From contig CAVYRF010000002.1 of the NCBI GenBank assembly GCA_963770895.1, forward strand, positions 4,384,001 through 4,448,000: a stretch of DNA of 64,000 bases, in the 5' to 3' direction. Origin of the DNA: an uncultured Acidobacteriota bacterium. GTDB taxonomy: Bacteria; Acidobacteriota; Thermoanaerobaculia; Multivoradales; UBA5704. Shown here in pieces: positions 44,890-54,661 of this stretch. Each line of letters opens with the position of its first letter. Position 1 is the first letter of the stretch. A program made the translations under genes and the position numbers. The notes under the pieces are model-generated. The model ran no database searches. It had not been told where the DNA came from and saw only the letters and a program-made list of their open reading frames with translations.

Positions 44890-46497
44890 ATGGTAAGCTC
44901 GCCCGCCGTGCAACCAGCCGAGCGTCCAGCGGGCGCCGTTCCCTATCCGACCGCGTTTTTCGGCCATCCTCGCGGCTTGGCGACGCTGTTCTTCGTCGAG
45001 TTCTGGGAGCGTTTCAGCTACTACGGGATGCGGAGCCTCCTCATCCTGTTCATGACCGCCGATGCCATCAAGGGCGGTCTGGGCTTCGACACGCTGCGGG
45101 CCGGCGCCATCTACGGCCTGTACACCGGTTCGGTCTACCTGATGTCGCTGCCCGGCGGGTGGGTGGCCGACCGCCTGCTGGGACAGCGCCGCTCGGTGTT
45201 TCTGGGTGGCTGCATCATCGCCGCCGGCCATTTCACCCTCGCCCTCAAGAGCCTGCCGACGTTCTACCTGGGCCTGACGCTCATCGTCATCGGCACCGGG
45301 TTGCTCAAGCCCAACGTCAGCACCATGGTGGGCGAGCTCTACCCCGACGACAGCGCGCGCCGCGATGCCGGCTTCTCGATCTTCTACATGGGGATCAACC
45401 TGGGCGCGACGGTGGCGCCGCTGGTCTGCGGCTGGGTGGGCGAGGCCTATAACTGGCACGTGGGGTTTGCGCTGGCCGGCCTGGGAATGCTGGTCGGCGT
45501 CGTGCAGTACGCCAGGGGCGGCAAGTACCTGGGCAGCGCGGGCCTGCTCCCCAATGCCGAGGACTTCGACGCTGGCACGGTCGCCGCCATCGCCGGCGGC
45601 GGTGCCGCCGCCGGCGGTGGCGGTGTCCGCGCCGCCGCGTCCCGCCGGCGCGCCCTGGTGGTGCTGGCCGTGGGGTGCGGCGTGGGCCTGCTGCTGGTGG
45701 TGCTCACCGTGATGGGTGTGGTGCCGATCTCCGCCCAGGCCGTGGCCAGCGCGATGATCTACCTCATCATCGGCATCGCCATCGTCTACTTCCTGTTCCA
45801 GCTCCTGGCCGGCGGCTTGACCGGCAGCGAGATCAAGCGGACGCTGGCGATCTTCGTGCTGTTCGTTTTTTCGGTGCTGTTCTGGTGCGGATTCGAGCAG
45901 GCCGGCTCGTCGCTCAACCTGTTTGCCGAGCGGCTGACCGATCGCAACGTGTTCGGCTGGCTGATGCCGGCCAGCATCCTGCAGGCGGTCAACCCGGCGT
46001 TCGTCATATTGTTCGCGCCGGTGCTCGCCTGGCTCTGGGTGACGATGGGGCGGCGCAACCCGTCGAGCCCCACCAAGTTCGCCTTCGGGCTGATCTTCAT
46101 GGCGCTCGGCATGTTGACCATGATGCTGGCGGCGCTGGCGAGCGTCGGCCACGCGGTGGCGACGGGAACGGTGGCGGCGACGGCCAGGCAGGTGAGCCCC
46201 TGGTGGCTGGTGATCACCTACCTGTGCCACAGCCTGGGCGAGCTGTGCCTGTCGCCGGTCGGGCTGTCCACCGTCACCAAGCTGGCGCCGCACCGCAAGG
46301 TGAGCCAGATGATGGGCATCTGGTTCATGTCCCTGTCGCTGGGCAACCTGATCGCGGGCCAGATCGCCGGCCGCTTCGAGACCCTGCCGCTGTACCAGAT
46401 CTTCAGCGGCGTCACGCTGGTCACCGGCGCCGCCGGCCTGCTGCTGCTGCTGCTCGCCCGCCCCATGCGCAACCTGCTCATGGGCGGCGTCGAGTAA
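44890..46497 (+). CDS. POT/PTR family proton-dependent oligopeptide transporter
   Basis: EFWERFSYYGMR, GLLKPN, FYMGINLG and ELCLSPVGLS. Confidence 0.95.
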   Translation: MVSSPAVQPAERPAGAVPYPTAFFGHPRGLATLFFVEFWERFSYYGMRSLLILFMTADAIKGGLGFDTLRAGAIYGLYTGSVYLMSLPGGWVADRLLGQRRSVFLGGCIIAAGHFTLALKSLPTFYLGLTLIVIGTGLLKPNVSTMVGELYPDDSARRDAGFSIFYMGINLGATVAPLVCGWVGEAYNWHVGFALAGLGMLVGVVQYARGGKYLGSAGLLPNAEDFDAGTVAAIAGGGAAAGGGGVRAAASRRRALVVLAVGCGVGLLLVVLTVMGVVPISAQAVASAMIYLIIGIAIVYFLFQLLAGGLTGSEIKRTLAIFVLFVFSVLFWCGFEQAGSSLNLFAERLTDRNVFGWLMPASILQAVNPAFVILFAPVLAWLWVTMGRRNPSSPTKFAFGLIFMALGMLTMMLAALASVGHAVATGTVAATARQVSPWWLVITYLCHSLGELCLSPVGLSTVTKLAPHRKVSQMMGIWFMSLSLGNLIAGQIAGRFETLPLYQIFSGVTLVTGAAGLLLLLLARPMRNLLMGGVE

Positions 46498-46578
46498 CCC
46501 CGCCAGCCGATCCCCTCCCCGCGCCGTGCGGCGGCGGGCGCCGCCGACGCCGGGTCAGCATGGCCAGGCCACTGCCGG

Positions 46579-47304
46579 TCAGGAGCCCAGGATTTCCGCG
46601 GCGGCGCGGCGCAGGACGTCGGCGATGCGCCGGGACTCCTCCTCCGAGACGTGCCGCTTTTCGTGCAGCGCCCGCTTCAGCTCGCGGCGGGCGAGCCACA
46701 TCTGGGTCGGTTCGGCATCCCGGTCGTCGCGCCCCGGCAGATCGTCGGCCAGGTCTTCGCCGAAGGAGCGGCGGAACTGGTCCATGCGCTGGCTGATGTG
46801 CTGGAGCTGGGTGAACAGCGTGTCGACGACCTGCCGGTTGGCGTCGACCTGCTGGCGCCCCTGGTCGGTGATGCTGTACAGCTTCTTGGCGCCGTCCGCC
46901 TGGACGGTGGCGTGGCCGACCTCCTCAAGATAGGTGAGGGCCGGGTAGATCATGCCGGGGCTGGGGCTGTAGAAGCCGCCCGACCGCTCCTCAAGGGCCT
47001 TGATCAGCTCGTAGCCGTGGCTGGGCTTTTCGGCCAGCAGCGCCAGCAGCAGGAGCTGCAGGTCGCCCGAGGACAGCTTGCGGCCGCTGCGCATGCCCGG
47101 ACCTTCGAAGCCGGCGCCGCCCATGAAACCGCCGCCAAAGTGGCCGCGGCCGTGGCCGCGCTCGCCGTCGTGGCCGCGTCCGCCGCGGTGCCGCATCATG
47201 GCGAAGAAATGCTCGGCAAGAGGGTGATGGTCGTGACGTTGATGGTGGCGGTGCCGGGAGGAGAACTCGGAGAAGGGATGGGTGTGTTCGTCTTGGTGTC
47301 TCAT
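46579..47304 (-). CDS. PadR-family regulator with His-rich N-terminus (YqjI-like)
   Basis: LLAEKPSHGYELIK...YSPSPGMIYPAL; N-terminus rich in His and Gly. Confidence 0.9.
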   Translation of the reverse strand: MRHQDEHTHPFSEFSSRHRHHQRHDHHPLAEHFFAMMRHRGGRGHDGERGHGRGHFGGGFMGGAGFEGPGMRSGRKLSSGDLQLLLLALLAEKPSHGYELIKALEERSGGFYSPSPGMIYPALTYLEEVGHATVQADGAKKLYSITDQGRQQVDANRQVVDTLFTQLQHISQRMDQFRRSFGEDLADDLPGRDDRDAEPTQMWLARRELKRALHEKRHVSEEESRRIADVLRRAAAEILGS

Positions 47305-47305
47305 A

Positions 47306-47340
47306 TGACATATCGTAAGACGTATCGTACGATATGTCAA
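47306..47340 (-). promoter_or_regulatory. Leaderless sigma70 promoter overlapped by a 12-bp inverted-repeat operator
   Basis: Minus strand TTGACA-17bp-TACGAT-7nt-ATG. Perfect IR TGACATATCGTA / TACGATATGTCA (47306-47339). Confidence 0.8.
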
Positions 47341-47426
47341 GCGGACTGAGCCGAGAGGCTTGACACCCCGGGCGGAAGCTCCTGCCCGGGGATGGTGACG
47401 CCAGGCCTGCGAGGTGGCAGGGGATT

Positions 47427-47576
47427 TCAGCAGTCCGGGCAGGTCGGTGCGCACAGGCTCACCGAGCAACCTGGGTAGGTGCGGATGCCGCCGGCGACTT
47501 CCGGGAGGACGGCTTCCTTGAGCGCGCGCAAGGTCTCACGATGGAGCCGCAGCTTGAGCGTCGTCGTCTTCTTCAT
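47427..47576 (-). CDS. RiPP-like precursor peptide, 49 aa (LxLxRETL leader, double-Gly, 4-Cys core)
   Basis: MKKTTTLKLRLHRETLRALKEAVLPEVAGG-IRTYPGCSVSLCAPTCPDC*; GGAG upstream. Confidence 0.85.
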   Translation of the reverse strand: MKKTTTLKLRLHRETLRALKEAVLPEVAGGIRTYPGCSVSLCAPTCPDC

Positions 47577-47665
47577 GGCGGAGATCTCCACAAATGGCAA
47601 CCGGCCAGGAGTGGCCGGCGCCGTTTCAAAAGGAGTCGCTGTGGGGTTGTGATCGGAGGCGCCGC

Positions 47666-48175
47666 TTAGAGCGCCTTGAGCACCTGGTCCTGGCCGGTGC
47701 TGTCGAGCTTGCCGACCCACACGGACAGGACCTTGCCCTGCCGGTCGACCAGCATCAGGGTTGGCGTGCCGGACACCTTGGTCTTGGCGAAGTCGATCTG
47801 CACCATGCCGTCCACCTTGACCCCCGCGGCGGTCAGGTGGGTCTGCTCGGGCGCCTGGGCGTCCGGGGAGGCGACGGCCACCAGGACTTTGACCGGCGAT
47901 CCGGTGGTGTCCCGATGCGCGACCACCTGCTTGTAGAAGTCCATGCTCTCGTTGCAGAAATGACAGTTGGGCGCAATGGCCAGGAACAGGGCCTTCTCGG
48001 CGCCTGCGGGCATGGCGCCGCGCAGGGTATCGCTGTGTTCGCCGGCGGCGATCCCGCCCGGGAACCCCACCGGTGGCGGCGGGAAAAACTCGCGGCGCAC
48101 CAACACCACCGATGCGATGACACACGTGACCAGGATCGCGACGTTGACCGCAACATCCAGCTTCGATCGGCTCAT
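47666..48175 (-). CDS. Membrane-anchored thioredoxin-fold protein (CHFC)
   Basis: N-terminal TM, LAIAPNCHFC, cis-Pro motif GTPT, LVDRQGKV..VWVGKL; GGAGG RBS. Confidence 0.85.
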   Translation of the reverse strand: MSRSKLDVAVNVAILVTCVIASVVLVRREFFPPPPVGFPGGIAAGEHSDTLRGAMPAGAEKALFLAIAPNCHFCNESMDFYKQVVAHRDTTGSPVKVLVAVASPDAQAPEQTHLTAAGVKVDGMVQIDFAKTKVSGTPTLMLVDRQGKVLSVWVGKLDSTGQDQVLKAL

Positions 48176-48320
48176 CTGTAGAGGCCTCCTGACGCGGAGG
48201 TGTCTTAACCACGCGAAAAGTTGACAAACACCTGCCGCAAGTTCAAAAACCGGCCCTCCGCACCGCCGCATGCAGGGACGGCTGGCCGGAGCTTTCCCAT
48301 TCCGGCAGCTATCCAGGCCA

Positions 48321-49877
48321 TTATCCGGCGGCGCCGTGGACGCCATTGCCGTCGGCTGGCTGGACCAGGGCGGCCAGGGCGAGCACTTCGCGGACGGCGG
48401 TCTGACGGCGGTTGCGCAGCTCCTCGGTGATGGCGCGCCGCGAGCGCAGCAGCAGGTAGGCGCGGGCTTCCCGCCACAGGCGGGCGCGGCGGTCGTCGAA
48501 GTGCAGCGCGATCCAGCCGGTGAGCGGGCCGGCGGCAAAGACCGCCAGGGCCGCCGCGGCGCGGGCGCCCAGGGGCGGGCCGGCCCACCAGCCGGCGAGC
48601 CCGGCGGCGAGCAGCCAGGCCAGCGGGTAGAGCACCATGCCGCCGAAGACCTTGAAGGAGGCCGGCATGTCCGGCTCGCGGGCGGCGCGGGCGGCGATGG
48701 CGCCCACCGCCCGGTAGGGCAGCCAGTTGAGCGCGATGCCCAAAAGAGCCAGCGGCAGGACCACCGTCAGGCGCAGCAGGGTCAGGCCCAGCCAGCGCGC
48801 GACCGGCGCCGGCGGATAGGTCGCCGCCACCTGGTCGTCGCGCAGACCCAGGGCGTTGAGCAGCCGCAGGTAGCGATCCACCGCCTCGCCGGCCTGGGCC
48901 GTGCGTTGCGGCTCGCGCCGCGACAGCTCGCCGTACCCTTCGATGAAGGCGCGCTGAAAGGGGAAGCGTGCGGCCAGCGGCGATTCTCCCGGCAGGCCGC
49001 CGTCGCCCTGGCTGTCGCTGGCGAACAGGTCCGCCGCGCGGGCGATGCGGCGCGCCTCCTCCCACGATGGGTAGTTGAGGGTCACCGCCTGCAGGCCGTG
49101 ATCGATCCTGGCGGTCAGCGCGTGCACCGCCGCCGGCGCCGCCGCCAGGGCCGCGTCGCCCTGGGCATTGGCGCCTGGCGCCGCCTGCCGGTCGAGCGCG
49201 ATCTCGGGCGCCGGATCGATCGGCTCGCCGACTTCGACCAGGGCGCGGGAGCGAAACGTCCCCTTGGCTTCGAACGTCAGGCCGATCGGCACGATGCGCG
49301 GCTCGATCCCCGGAAACCGTCGCACCGCTTCCAGCACGATGCGGGCGGCGCCGGTCTTGAGCGGCGCCAGCGCCGGCTGGCTGTGGCTGGTGCCCTCGGG
49401 GAAGAGCGCGACCACGCCGCCGGCAGCCAGCTCCTGGTGACAGCGGGCAAACGCGGCGGCGTTCTGTGCCGGATCGGCGGCGGCGCCCACGTCCTTGGGG
49501 CGATAGATCGGGATCACCCCGCCCAGCTCCAGCCAGGGACGCAGCGCCGGGTTGCGCCACAGCAGGTGCGTCGCCAGGAAGCGCGGCAACCGCCGGGGGA
49601 CGGGTCCAGCCGCCTCGACCCCAGCTGCCGGCGCCGGCGCGGCCAGCGCCGCGACCACCAGCAGCGGGTCGATCATGCCGTTCTGATGGTTGGCGACGAT
49701 CACCAGCGGTCCGCTCGCCGGCAGCCGTGACGCGCCGGCCACCTCCACCGTGCGGAAGAACACCCGCACCACCAGCCGGGCAAGCCTCGCCGCCCACCTG
49801 TCCAACCGCCGCCGCCGCGCCGCCGCGCCAGCCGATGCCGGCGCGGCCGTCGCGCCCCGTTCCTGGGAACCCACCAT
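48321..49877 (-). CDS. Lysophospholipid/glycerol acyltransferase family membrane protein
   Basis: NHQNGMID (HX4D), FPEGTS, LKTGAAR and C-terminal TMs. Confidence 0.9.
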   Translation of the reverse strand: MVGSQERGATAAPASAGAAARRRRLDRWAARLARLVVRVFFRTVEVAGASRLPASGPLVIVANHQNGMIDPLLVVAALAAPAPAAGVEAAGPVPRRLPRFLATHLLWRNPALRPWLELGGVIPIYRPKDVGAAADPAQNAAAFARCHQELAAGGVVALFPEGTSHSQPALAPLKTGAARIVLEAVRRFPGIEPRIVPIGLTFEAKGTFRSRALVEVGEPIDPAPEIALDRQAAPGANAQGDAALAAAPAAVHALTARIDHGLQAVTLNYPSWEEARRIARAADLFASDSQGDGGLPGESPLAARFPFQRAFIEGYGELSRREPQRTAQAGEAVDRYLRLLNALGLRDDQVAATYPPAPVARWLGLTLLRLTVVLPLALLGIALNWLPYRAVGAIAARAAREPDMPASFKVFGGMVLYPLAWLLAAGLAGWWAGPPLGARAAAALAVFAAGPLTGWIALHFDDRRARLWREARAYLLLRSRRAITEELRNRRQTAVREVLALAALVQPADGNGVHGAAG

Positions 49878-49923
49878 GCGATCATTCTAGTGGTCCGTCC
49901 TGGAGAATCGGAAAGCGGATGGC

Positions 49924-50016
49924 GTGGCGCGCCGCCTCACCTCGCTCGCGAAGGCTCACCAGCTCGCCGGCGTCGCCAATCCCTGCCAGCGCGCCGAGCT
50001 GCGCGAGCTGCTGGCA
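49924..50016 (+). pseudogene. Short tyrosine-recombinase (Cre-like N-domain) remnant
   Basis: VARRLTSLAKAHQLAGVANPCQRAELRELL resembles the RRL.SI..AH..AG...P motif of Cre-like integrases. Confidence 0.4.
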
Positions 50017-50105
50017 CGCCGCTGCCTCCCGCGAAGAGTTGCGGGCCAGGCGACAGCCTCGGCCATCTCCTCGACGTCGTCGCCGCCATGCCTGCGCCGG
50101 TGGGA

Positions 50106-51914
50106 TCAGTCGCGGCCGTCGAGGTTGTTCAGGAGATCTTTGCAGGTCGTGGCCAGGCTCTGTACGCTGATCGAGGCTGATGCGGAGTGGCGGTCTCTGA
50201 GCTGCTTTTGGAGCTGAAGCAGGATCGACTCAAGCTCGCGATCTGAGGAGGCTGGCTCGCCGGGAGCGGTTTTCGAATCGTCTGCGGTGGGCGCTGGAGC
50301 CTGGGGCGGTTTTTTCAGGGCCTGGTCGATCAAGCGCCGGACGGCGCCGTTGTCAAAAAGCTCCTGGTCGCGGGCAGCATCCGGGCCGCTGGCGGCCTCA
50401 CCGGCAGCGAACAGGCGACATGCCTCGGTCCAGGTGCCCAGCCCGTAGTAGAGCCCGTCAACAAGGCCGGCGGCGCCCTGTTCACCCTCTTCATGCAAGG
50501 CACCGGGAAGCAGCCCGGCGAGCGATACTTTCGGGGCCTGCTTGGCGCTATCAGTCTTGGTATCCGGCGGTGTACCGGCGTCCTGCCTGACGTCACGCTC
50601 GTGCTTCGTATGCGAGGGTGCGCTGGGGCTCTTGTTGTCAATAAGGTTCTCCAGGTTCCTGGACAGGTCTTCGTAGCGTTCTGCTGCTTCCTTTCCCAGG
50701 GTGATCTGCGCGAGCAGGCGGACCAAGCGGGTCAGGGCTGTCCTGCTGCCGTCCTGGTCGTCTTTGGTGAGCGCCAGACGTAGGTCAAGCTGGCGGACGC
50801 CGAGGCGGAACGCCTCCTGCTCGGGTGTCAGGTCTTCGGAGCTTTCGCTGTCGGCGTGGGCGGGGCCGCCGCGCATTCTCGGCCCCCTAATCCAGGTCGG
50901 AGGGTCTGTCGCGTTGGCGTTCTCGAACGGTTGGCTTGCCACCAGGACGGTCAGGGCCTGGTTGGGAAGCCCCACCTGCGAAGCCAGGTACCAGCGCGTC
51001 AGCGTCAGGCCGGCGGTCACGATGAGTGCCGCGGCGATGGCCGCCGCCCATCGCCAGGTCGCGCGGGCGGGTCGTTCGCTGCCGGTGCGGCGCCGCGGCG
51101 TGCGCGGGGACGGCAATGCGGGCGCGGCGGGGCGCACCGGATCGGCGTGCCCCGAGGTTGGCAGGTCAAAAGGGCGGCGCGTGGGCTCGGTTCCCGCTGC
51201 GGCGTCCCCCGTCTCATCCGCCGGGTCTGCCCGGTCCACCGGGTCCGCCCGGTCCGCCGGGTCTTGCCGGTCCGCCGGGTCTTGCCGGTCCGCCGGGTCT
51301 TGCCGGTCCGCCGGGTCTTGCCGGTCCACACCGTCCGCCGCGTTTGCCCGGTCCGCCAGATCCGGCACCGCGGCAGCGGCCAGGTGGCGCTCGTCGGCAA
51401 GGAACTGCGCGGCGCCGGCGAACATTTCGAAGCAACTCTCGCAGGTTGCGAGGTGCGCCATCAGGACGGGACGCCGGTCCTCCGGCAGGGTGCCGTCGAG
51501 GAGCGCTGCCAGCTCTTCCAGGTCGGGGCAGCCGGAGCCGTCCGCACCGCCTGCCGCAGGGTCGCCATCCCTGGCGCCCCCGTCGTGCGGACCCACCGGG
51601 CCGGTGCTGTCGTGCTCGTCGAAGAGAGCTCCTCCAGCCTGGCGGCTGACCCCGTCGCCGTCGCCGGCCGGGGCGCTGGCGCCCGCCGCCGCGTCGCGAC
51701 TTGCGGCTTGGTCGTGGCCGGTCGAGGCTGAGCCTGCGTGCGAGTACTGCATGGCATCGGCGGTGCCGTCGTGGCCACGGTGGCCTGACGCCGCCGTATC
51801 AGGGGACGGACGCCCGGGCGAGTTTCCCAGGCCCGTCGCCGCCGCGGCAGGTTCCGGTGCCTGGTTGGCCGGCGCGTCGATCGCACGCGGGCGCGGGTCG
51901 TCAGTCGTCATCAT
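50106..51914 (-). CDS. zf-HC2 anti-sigma-factor-like membrane protein
   Basis: [13 protein letters not shown]...HLATCESC zinc finger, single TM, overlaps the upstream ECF gene. Confidence 0.82.
   Translation of the reverse strand: MMTTDDPRPRAIDAPANQAPEPAAAATGLGNSPGRPSPDTAASGHRGHDGTADAMQYSHAGSASTGHDQAASRDAAAGASAPAGDGDGVSRQAGGALFDEHDSTGPVGPHDGGARDGDPAAGGADGSGCPDLEELAALLDGTLPEDRRPVLMAHLATCESCFEMFAGAAQFLADERHLAAAAVPDLADRANAADGVDRQDPADRQDPADRQDPADRQDPADRADPVDRADPADETGDAAAGTEPTRRPFDLPTSGHADPVRPAAPALPSPRTPRRRTGSERPARATWRWAAAIAAALIVTAGLTLTRWYLASQVGLPNQALTVLVASQPFENANATDPPTWIRGPRMRGGPAHADSESSEDLTPEQEAFRLGVRQLDLRLALTKDDQDGSRTALTRLVRLLAQITLGKEAAERYEDLSRNLENLIDNKSPSAPSHTKHERDVRQDAGTPPDTKTDSAKQAPKVSLAGLLPGALHEEGEQGAAGLVDGLYYGLGTWTEACRLFAAGEAASGPDAARDQELFDNGAVRRLIDQALKKPPQAPAPTADDSKTAPGEPASSDRELESILLQLQKQLRDRHSASASISVQSLATTCKDLLNNLDGRD
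51217..51358. repeat. 18-bp tandem repeat encoding DRQDPA
   Basis: Four exact CCGGTCCGCCGGGTCTTG copies (51249-51320) plus degenerate flanking copies. Confidence 0.9.
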
Positions 51915-52725
51915 CGTTGAGCAGGTCTGCCACGTCGGCGGTACTGATCCCGGCGGCTTCGAGGGTAAACTTCAGATGCTTTTTGATGTTGTCGATTTTG
52001 CGATAGAGCGGTTTGGCTTCGAGGTGCAGGTCCTTCGCGATGTCCGCGGTTTTCATCCCTTTGCGCATCAGCTTGGCAATCACCGTGTCGTCCGGGCCCA
52101 GGCTTCGGAGCGCCGTCTGCAGGGCGTCGAGAGCTTGTTGCCTGCGGCGCGCCCGTTCGCTGCTCTCGATGCGGTCGTCGGCCCGTTCCCGCGCCACGGC
52201 TTCCGGCGGCAGCCGCGGCGCCGCAACGCCGCCGTCGCCCGGCGCGGACGTCATGTCCGTGTCCAGGGAGAAGTCACGGTGCCGCGTCCGCGGCGGCAGG
52301 AGCTCGGCGATCCTGTAGAGCTCGCTTTCGGTGGTCAGGCCGGGATGCTCGGTCAGGATCTTGTGGCACGCCTCCTCGAAGTGGTAACCGTCCCGCGACA
52401 GCAGCTGTTCCAGCTGGGTGGCGAGCGCCCCCATCTTCACTGCTGCCTTGCACGGTCGCCACTTGCCCCACAGCTTGTCGGCGAAGTCCTTGGCGGCGCA
52501 GTTGACCACCATCACCAGATAGGTTTCGAGGCTGGATTTGCGTTGCCAGGCGCGCAGCACCGCATAGTTGTTGGCAAAGACCTTCGTCAACACTATTTGC
52601 GTGAAGTCTTGGACGTCTTCGGCGCCCATGCCATAGCGGCGGCAGGCGTGTGCCGCGGCTCTGCGGAGCAGCGGTACCTGTTGGAGGAACAGCTGCTCGA
52701 GCGAATCTGAGGGCGGGAGGTCCAT
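51901..52725 (-). CDS. ECF-type sigma-70 factor
   Basis: Region 2-like EDVQDFTQ...SSLETYL...KDF and region 4-like KTADIAKDL...LYRKI. Confidence 0.8.
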   Translation of the reverse strand: MDLPPSDSLEQLFLQQVPLLRRAAAHACRRYGMGAEDVQDFTQIVLTKVFANNYAVLRAWQRKSSLETYLVMVVNCAAKDFADKLWGKWRPCKAAVKMGALATQLEQLLSRDGYHFEEACHKILTEHPGLTTESELYRIAELLPPRTRHRDFSLDTDMTSAPGDGGVAAPRLPPEAVARERADDRIESSERARRRQQALDALQTALRSLGPDDTVIAKLMRKGMKTADIAKDLHLEAKPLYRKIDNIKKHLKFTLEAAGISTADVADLLNDDDD

Positions 52726-53169
52726 CGCAGGCGTCTATTGCCGTTTCAGGCAGAAGCTCGCGATCTGGGGTCGAGCACCGGCATGATTGTAACGAAGTTT
52801 GCCTACTTATGAGCCCTTGCGACCAAAAAACCTGGCATATACCAATAGACGGTTCGCCATGTTTAAACATACCCCTACCGGGGTGCCTGCCGGACGCTGC
52901 CTACTTTCCGCATACGCCAGGGTCCCCCTTTTGTTTTCAGGTCTGCCTTCCCGGCCTTGGGGCTACGCCGTGCTTGCGCCGCGGCCGCAGGGGGGCTATA
53001 CTGCGCCCTCCTCGTGAGGCGTGGCTGCGGTAGCTTGCGGCAGAGAGCCGATGGGGAGCTGTTGTGGAAGCAAGGAGCGACGGCAGGTGGGATGCCGTGC
53101 CTGCGGCGCCACAAGGTGTTCTTCGGAGCGCCCTGTTGCGGGGCTGGCCGGCGGGTGCCGTTTGGGTGA

Positions 53170-53198
53170 TTGACGGAGCGGGACGCTCCTGCTAGGAT
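53170..53198 (+). promoter_or_regulatory. Sigma70 promoter of the str operon
   Basis: TTGACG, 17 bp spacer, TAGGAT with extended -10 TGn. Confidence 0.65.
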
Positions 53199-53573
53199 TC
53201 ACCGGTTTCGCCGCCGAAGGTTTCGCCAGGAACCGTGGCGGATTGATCTTCCGCCGGAAGATCTGATCCTTAACGCCGTTCGAAGCGGTGTGCGGGTTGA
53301 GCCCTTCCTGATGAAAGGTGGGGCCAGCGGGTGTGTCCACGCCTGAGCCAGCGTTGCTAACGCTGTCCAGCGGCGTCTCCCGCAATCCCTGTCGCCGCTG
53401 GAGTGGGCCGGAACCCCTCGCAAGGGAATCTGGCGGGCGCACCGGAGTGCGGTTCTCCGGATGAGCCGGGGATTGAGCGGTCGAGCCGTTTTGGCGACCG
53501 GTCACCCCTGGGTCGTGCGCCGCCGACGGGATGGAGCGGATGGCGGCCGTGAGGCCGAGGAGACTTGGAAGGT

Positions 53574-53948
53574 ATGCCTACGATTCATCAGCTGGTGCGC
53601 AAGGGCCGTGCCCGCGCAGAAGCGAAGACGAAGAGCCCGGCTTTGCAGTCCTCGCCGCAGAAGCGCGGCGTGTGCGTCCGTGTGTACACCCAGACGCCCA
53701 AGAAGCCCAACTCGGCTCTGCGCAAGGTGGCTCGCGTGCGGCTCACCAACGGCATCGAGGTGACCACCTACATCCCCGGCGTCGGCCACAACCTGCAGGA
53801 GCACTCGATCGTGCTCATCCGCGGCGGCCGCGTCAAGGATCTGCCGGGAGTGCGCTACCACGTGGTCCGCGGCACGCTGGATGCCGTGGGCGTGCAGAAC
53901 CGCCGTCAGGGGCGCTCCAAGTACGGCGCCAAGCGGCCCAAGGGCTGA
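53574..53948 (+). CDS. rpsL: 30S ribosomal protein S12
   Basis: [20 protein letters not shown] and [10 protein letters not shown]. Confidence 0.99.
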   Translation: MPTIHQLVRKGRARAEAKTKSPALQSSPQKRGVCVRVYTQTPKKPNSALRKVARVRLTNGIEVTTYIPGVGHNLQEHSIVLIRGGRVKDLPGVRYHVVRGTLDAVGVQNRRQGRSKYGAKRPKG

Positions 53949-53989
53949 GGCCCCGCAGCGATCGCAAGAGTTCGTAAAATCGGAGATAG

Positions 53990-54463
<474 letters not shown>

Positions 54464-54661
54464 CCACGGCTACCAATTACCGCAAGCCGATCTCGCAAAC
54501 GCACGACACCAACGCACATCCCCGAACCTCGCGTCGGGTAGCCCGCGCCGGCCCTGTGCCGGCGCCGCCGCCCGCGCCCGCCTGCCCCGGTGGCGCCGTT
54601 GCGGCGCCCGGCCAGGCCAGCGAGGGGAGCGGACGGGCGATAGAGAAAGATCGATAGCACC

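Noticed and set aside
42769-46293. 1174-aa minus-strand ORF, and many other long overlapping ORFs in the track
   Set aside because: Antisense or alternate-frame shadows of clear genes (DUF885, POT transporter and others), typical of high-GC DNA. They carry no recognisable motifs.
47427-48227. 266-aa ORF ending in the Cys-rich peptide
   Set aside because: The upstream part is an off-frame overlap of the thioredoxin gene; the peptide has its own RBS and ATG at 47576.
51217-51358. 18-bp repeats as a CRISPR array
   Set aside because: Head-to-tail, in-frame coding VNTR with no spacers.
53574-53948. Streptomycin-resistance allele of rpsL
   Set aside because: The PKKPNS and RVKDLPG motifs carry the wild-type lysines.
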